Assembly: GCA_051866635.1 (NCBI GenBank)
Contig: JBJDXJ010000012.1
Span: forward strand, 1-18,234
Length of the DNA: 18,234 bases
From: Clostridia bacterium
Lineage (GTDB): Bacteria > Bacillota > Clostridia > UMGS1883
Direction of reading: 5' to 3'
The notes under the pieces were generated by a model that was not told where the DNA came from, did not search any database, and was given only the letters and a program-made list of their open reading frames with translations. Below are positions 14,279 through 18,234 of the stretch, in pieces (position 1 is the first letter of the stretch; each line of letters begins with the position of its first letter). The translations under genes were made by a program, and so were the position numbers.

Positions 14279-16102
14279 TTAGTTCATGTAAATATATACC
14301 TGGTTTAATAAAGCACATGCATAAGCTCGTGTAGCTTTTCTTGTAGGTTCAAATACGTCAATGCTCTTAGGATCGGAAGCATCGAGGTAAACACCTGCAT
14401 TGTAAAGAGCAGCTACAGCATCAACAGCATAAGGTGCAATATCGCCCTTGTCCTTCAAGCCGTCCACACTTGATGTGAACTTATCAAGTGACAGGCCCTT
14501 TATCTTAGCGGCTCTGTAAATAAGTGTTACTGCATCCTGTCTTGTAACAGGGTCATTAACGCCGAACAAGCCGTTGCCATAACCTTCTGCAAGACCAATC
14601 TTTTCGGCACTTGCAATATATACATGATACCATGCATCTTTATCAACATCAGTAAACGAGCTTGTAGCAGTAATATCAGCTAAGCCAAACACGTTAACCA
14701 ACATCTTCATAAATTCAGCTCTTGTAAGAGAGTTACCCGGGCCAAATGTCTTGTCACCGTAACCGGAAACAATTTCTTTCTTTGTAAGGTTCAAGATAGC
14801 ATCTGAAGCCCACAAATAATCGCCCATATCTGTGTAGTAACCGGCAATTTCCACATAGGGGTCATAGTTGTTTGCCGTATTTGAAATCTGTGTTGACACA
14901 GTATGTGTTACACTGCCTGAGGATGAAGAACCGCCGGATGATGAAGAACCACCTGAGGATGAAGAACTTTCAATCTTCTTTTCAGCAGCTTTGTAAGCAT
15001 CATCCCAAGCATCTTTGATTTCGTCTACACTGTAGTATGTACCCTTAAATTCTTCACAGAAAGCATTTCTCAGCTTTTTGTTGTTAAGGAGTTTCTTTAT
15101 TTCGGATTCATCAACTCCGAACAATTCGTTATTTTCAGCGATTACGTTAACAAGATTAAGCCAGTGAGTTTCGTTTACAATCTGAACACATACTGCCTGC
15201 TTGAGAATGTCTTCAAGTTCGTCTGCGTTAGCCACTTCTTCCTTCATTGTCTTTGAAATCTTTGCAACAATATCCTTGTTTTTAATCTTTCCGAAAACAG
15301 AATCGTCAGATGCGTCTATACCAACTGCATCAGCATGAGTATAAATAACATTTGCTAATTCTTCATCTGAAAATCCGCCTTTGTTATATGCGGCTACAAT
15401 ATATGCTTCCTTTACAAAGCCTGCCGCACTTACGTAATCAAGGCTCGCCTTATCTAAATTATATTTTCCGTTTACACCGTTCACAATGAGCTCAACAAAA
15501 GCTTCCTGACCGTTTTCGGAAAGTATTTCGTAATCATTTGATGTAAGAGCCACAGAATCTTCATAGTCTAAAACAGAAAGTGCATAATAGAGATTCTTAA
15601 TGTTTTCTCTTACTTCTGTTGTATCTTCTTTGGACTTAATCGCATCCATGAAGCTATCTACATCTTCTTTCGTTACAAAGAAAATCTTTTCCTGGTAAAC
15701 TTCACCGGCATTATAAAGTGCAATTGTAACATAGTAGAAGTCACCGCTCTTGTTTGTACCGGGATACAGCTCAAGCTCTGCAACGCCTGCATTTACAGGT
15801 GAGTATGCAACACCGATAAGGCTTGGTTCATAGTAACCGAACATATTATCATAGCCGCCGTTTTCATAACCGCCTTCGCTCTCGTCACCATAACACATAT
15901 AAGCAAATACCGGCTGGTCATTTGAAACATTTTCTGCTGTAATGTCAATATAAAGCTTAGGACCAATCTGTTCAATTTCCACACTTGTCAATTCAGGTCT
16001 AACATAGGGTTCAGCTTCAGGAGATATATCTGCTGCAAATGCTGTGCACTGCATAAGCATAAGTACACCAACCAAGGCTGCTAAAATTTTCTTAGCGTTC
16101 AT
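14279..16102 (-). CDS. SLH domain protein, 607 aa, with C-terminal SLH domains after a Ser/Gly linker
   Basis: Signal peptide, SSSSSGGSSSSGGSSSSG linker, then GYGDKTFGPGNSLTRAEF, GYGNGLFGVNDPVTRQDA and FEPTRKATRAY. SD GGAGG. Confidence 0.9.
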   Translation of the reverse strand: MNAKKILAALVGVLMLMQCTAFAADISPEAEPYVRPELTSVEIEQIGPKLYIDITAENVSNDQPVFAYMCYGDESEGGYENGGYDNMFGYYEPSLIGVAYSPVNAGVAELELYPGTNKSGDFYYVTIALYNAGEVYQEKIFFVTKEDVDSFMDAIKSKEDTTEVRENIKNLYYALSVLDYEDSVALTSNDYEILSENGQEAFVELIVNGVNGKYNLDKASLDYVSAAGFVKEAYIVAAYNKGGFSDEELANVIYTHADAVGIDASDDSVFGKIKNKDIVAKISKTMKEEVANADELEDILKQAVCVQIVNETHWLNLVNVIAENNELFGVDESEIKKLLNNKKLRNAFCEEFKGTYYSVDEIKDAWDDAYKAAEKKIESSSSSGGSSSSGGSSSSGSVTHTVSTQISNTANNYDPYVEIAGYYTDMGDYLWASDAILNLTKKEIVSGYGDKTFGPGNSLTRAEFMKMLVNVFGLADITATSSFTDVDKDAWYHVYIASAEKIGLAEGYGNGLFGVNDPVTRQDAVTLIYRAAKIKGLSLDKFTSSVDGLKDKGDIAPYAVDAVAALYNAGVYLDASDPKSIDVFEPTRKATRAYACALLNQVYIYMN

Positions 16103-16129
16103 TTTTCATTCCTCCATTCCGGCAGATTA

Positions 16130-17344
16130 TCAATGACCATACACAATATACGGATTTTCTCTTGAGGGAACCTTACCGTAAACCTGTGTGTAATCAGACT
16201 CGTTGAAGATATATACCATATAGCTGTACATAGATGCATCGTCATCGGTATTAAGATACTTGGTAAGTACAATTTCAGTTTCATCGTTTACCAGTGCACA
16301 ATTACGGGACTTACTTGATCCATAGTACTGACCGTTTTTGTATACAACCATTAAAGCTATATAGTACACGTCATCTTCATCAGAGTTATAAACAGTAATT
16401 TTATGAGTCAAATAACCGGTATCGGTGAAGCCTTCCTTAGGGTCAAAGGGAACGGGTTCACGTTCTATAATACCCTGACCGGGAACAAACTTATTTCCAC
16501 CGCCCTGTGTACATTCAACACTTACGATTTCAAGAGGATTCAAGAAAACTTCAGCATCGTAAAGCTCCAAGTCATCCATGTAAAGTGCTGCACTGCCCTT
16601 GTAGTTAAAGTCAATCTGGAAAAGACCTGTTTCAGGTGCTTTGAAAACGAAAAGAATCTGCTGCCAGCTACCCTTTGCAGGAGTAAGACGTCCGACTTCA
16701 TTCCAGCCTACTGTATAATCTCTGCCGGATCCACCAACAACCTTAAAAGCACGGTCGTCATCATTTATAGAGCCGCCTGTCATCTTAAGCCAAGCAGAGA
16801 ACACGTAAATGTCACCTTCTGTTACAGCTGTGCGGTAAATAACATCACCTGATTTAACAGAAAGTCCGAAGTATCCGCTGTGAGCCGCTTCCGGTGTAAT
16901 TTCGCCCTTTGCCTGAATACGGTTCTTTTCGTTTTCGGCAATTGAATCGTGAATTGTAACGCCGGATTCAAAACCGTCAAGCTTAATAAGGTTACCGGAA
17001 CCTGCGGGCACCTTGTAACGAACATTGTCACAAGTAAACACTGCCGCATTAAATTCACCGGGTGTTACGTATACGCCACCATCACGGAGAGTTGCTTCAA
17101 AAAGGTCAAGCACCTCAACTTCTTCCGTTACTTCCTCAGAAGGTTCCTCGGTTGATTCTTCAACTGCATCAGGTTCCTCTGCTTCTGTAGCAGGTTCTTC
17201 CGCTTCTTCCGTAACAAGTTCAACATATTCATCAACTGTTTCTTCCACCACTGCTTCTTCCGCCATAACGGGAATCACAGAAAGAGAAAGTGCAAAGCAA
17301 ACAGCAAGACAAATCACCTTGAAAATCATGCTACTTTTTTTCAT
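16130..17344 (-). CDS. Secreted protein with an acidic linker and a probable CBM4/9-like carbohydrate-binding jelly-roll domain
   Basis: Signal peptide and Glu-rich linker. The motifs NLIKLDGFESG, AHSGYFGL, YVFSAWLK, WQQILFVF.AP and LYMDDLEL follow the CBM_4_9 pattern. SD AGGAGG. Confidence 0.75.
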   Translation of the reverse strand: MKKSSMIFKVICLAVCFALSLSVIPVMAEEAVVEETVDEYVELVTEEAEEPATEAEEPDAVEESTEEPSEEVTEEVEVLDLFEATLRDGGVYVTPGEFNAAVFTCDNVRYKVPAGSGNLIKLDGFESGVTIHDSIAENEKNRIQAKGEITPEAAHSGYFGLSVKSGDVIYRTAVTEGDIYVFSAWLKMTGGSINDDDRAFKVVGGSGRDYTVGWNEVGRLTPAKGSWQQILFVFKAPETGLFQIDFNYKGSAALYMDDLELYDAEVFLNPLEIVSVECTQGGGNKFVPGQGIIEREPVPFDPKEGFTDTGYLTHKITVYNSDEDDVYYIALMVVYKNGQYYGSSKSRNCALVNDETEIVLTKYLNTDDDASMYSYMVYIFNESDYTQVYGKVPSRENPYIVYGH

Positions 17345-17505
17345 TTGACATTCCTCCTAAAACTGCCGGACCACCGGCTGATATGTTAAAAATTTTTATA
17401 CATAATTTATGATAACGCATAACGCATTATCATCGGAGTTTCTCTACGCATTGAGTTTTCCTTACTCTGCATAGGGACACCTATATTATTATATATCTAC
17501 AATAT

Positions 17506-17534
17506 ATAATACACTAATTTTTGCATTATGTAAA
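17506..17534 (-). promoter_or_regulatory. Possible SigA promoter of the surface-protein operon
   Basis: Minus strand TTTACA-N17-TATTAT in very AT-rich DNA. Confidence 0.4.
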
Positions 17535-17564
17535 TAGTTTTGTTACTTTTTTTGCATAATTTTT

Positions 17565-18234
17565 TTACCAAATTTTTAACAAGCTAAGATTATTTCCCCA
17601 ATTGTCGGTAGCAGAGGAGTCTGCGATTTTTTTAAGTCCCAGCACAAAGAAGCGGCACATCGCATCCGCCCCTTTATATGAAAGGTGCATCATATCGCCG
17701 GGGGCGTCGTTTTCATAATCCCAAAGGTGGTATTTTCTATAAACGCCATCCCTGCCCACTTCTGAAAACCAACCGGCAGAAAGGTCTGTAAGGTCAACAT
17801 AGAAGGTCCCCTTTTCAACACTTAAACGCCTTACAGCAGAGAAAAATTCTTCATAAGCACCGCCGTCACTTTTACCTGTGTTATTTTCCTCACCCCAGCC
17901 GTAGCCTGCGGAAATCTGTGGGCTTACAAGAACGGGAATAATTCCCTTTTGAGTGCATCGGTCAATCATGGCAGAAAGAGCATTGGTCATTTCCTCTACA
18001 GTTGACTTATCGTGGTCATTTATACCGAACTGTACAACAAATATGTCGCCTTTTTTGCCTTCCTTTTCAACTATGGGGAAGCTCTCCTCCAACCATTTTG
18101 ATGCCCAGTAACCGCTTGCCGCCAAGTTTACAACCCTTGCATCAACATATTTATGAAGAAGCATACCCCACCCGGTCATAACGGTGCCATCTTCCTCATC
18201 TCCTGTCCTTAAAAGGGGATAGTAATTACACACC
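17565..18234 (-). CDS. SGNH/GDSL esterase domain (rhamnogalacturonan acetylesterase-like), 5'-truncated by the window edge
   Basis: GWG motif, block II VVNLAASG, block III QFGIND and block V DMMHLSYKGA (DxxH). The block I GDS motif would lie just beyond the window. Confidence 0.82.
   Translation of the reverse strand, partial: VCNYYPLLRTGDEEDGTVMTGWGMLLHKYVDARVVNLAASGYWASKWLEESFPIVEKEGKKGDIFVVQFGINDHDKSTVEEMTNALSAMIDRCTQKGIIPVLVSPQISAGYGWGEENNTGKSDGGAYEEFFSAVRRLSVEKGTFYVDLTDLSAGWFSEVGRDGVYRKYHLWDYENDAPGDMMHLSYKGADAMCRFFVLGLKKIADSSATDNWGNNLSLLKIW

Noticed and set aside
14915-14968. 18-bp repeats (GAGGATGAAGAACC...) and the 9-bp GGTTCTGTR repeats near 1550-1600 as regulatory or phase-variable repeats
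   Set aside because: They are in-frame units encoding ordinary Ser/Gly and Glu-Pro-Thr linkers.

Overview
Chromosomal window from a low-GC Firmicute, most likely a spore-forming clostridium. The many SLH proteins and an SGNH esterase would fit an Oscillospirales/Monoglobales-like gut fibre degrader, but this is inference only. Both ends carry cell-surface genes. On the left are a 1092-aa SLH protein with three near-identical 273-bp repeats and a small secreted protein. On the right are a three-gene operon (secreted CBM-like protein plus two SLH proteins) and a partial SGNH esterase. The centre holds P5C dehydrogenase (pruA/rocA), NH3-dependent NAD+ synthetase (nadE), a DUF2975/XRE-HTH/DUF4153-type operon, a Cys-rich membrane protein, an RluA-family pseudouridine synthase and tRNA-Asn(GTT). 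The most interesting signals are non-coding. First, nadE has its own promoter and a ~190-nt structured leader with a candidate uORF and mutually exclusive helices, one of which buries the nadE Shine-Dalgarno; this is a candidate NAD-pathway riboswitch or attenuator. Second, a ladder of GTGAAAT/ATTTCAC heptamers separated by sequence-diverse mini-hairpins lies downstream of the tRNA. Third, two further REP/REPIN-like palindromic elements and a possible transposase remnant are present.
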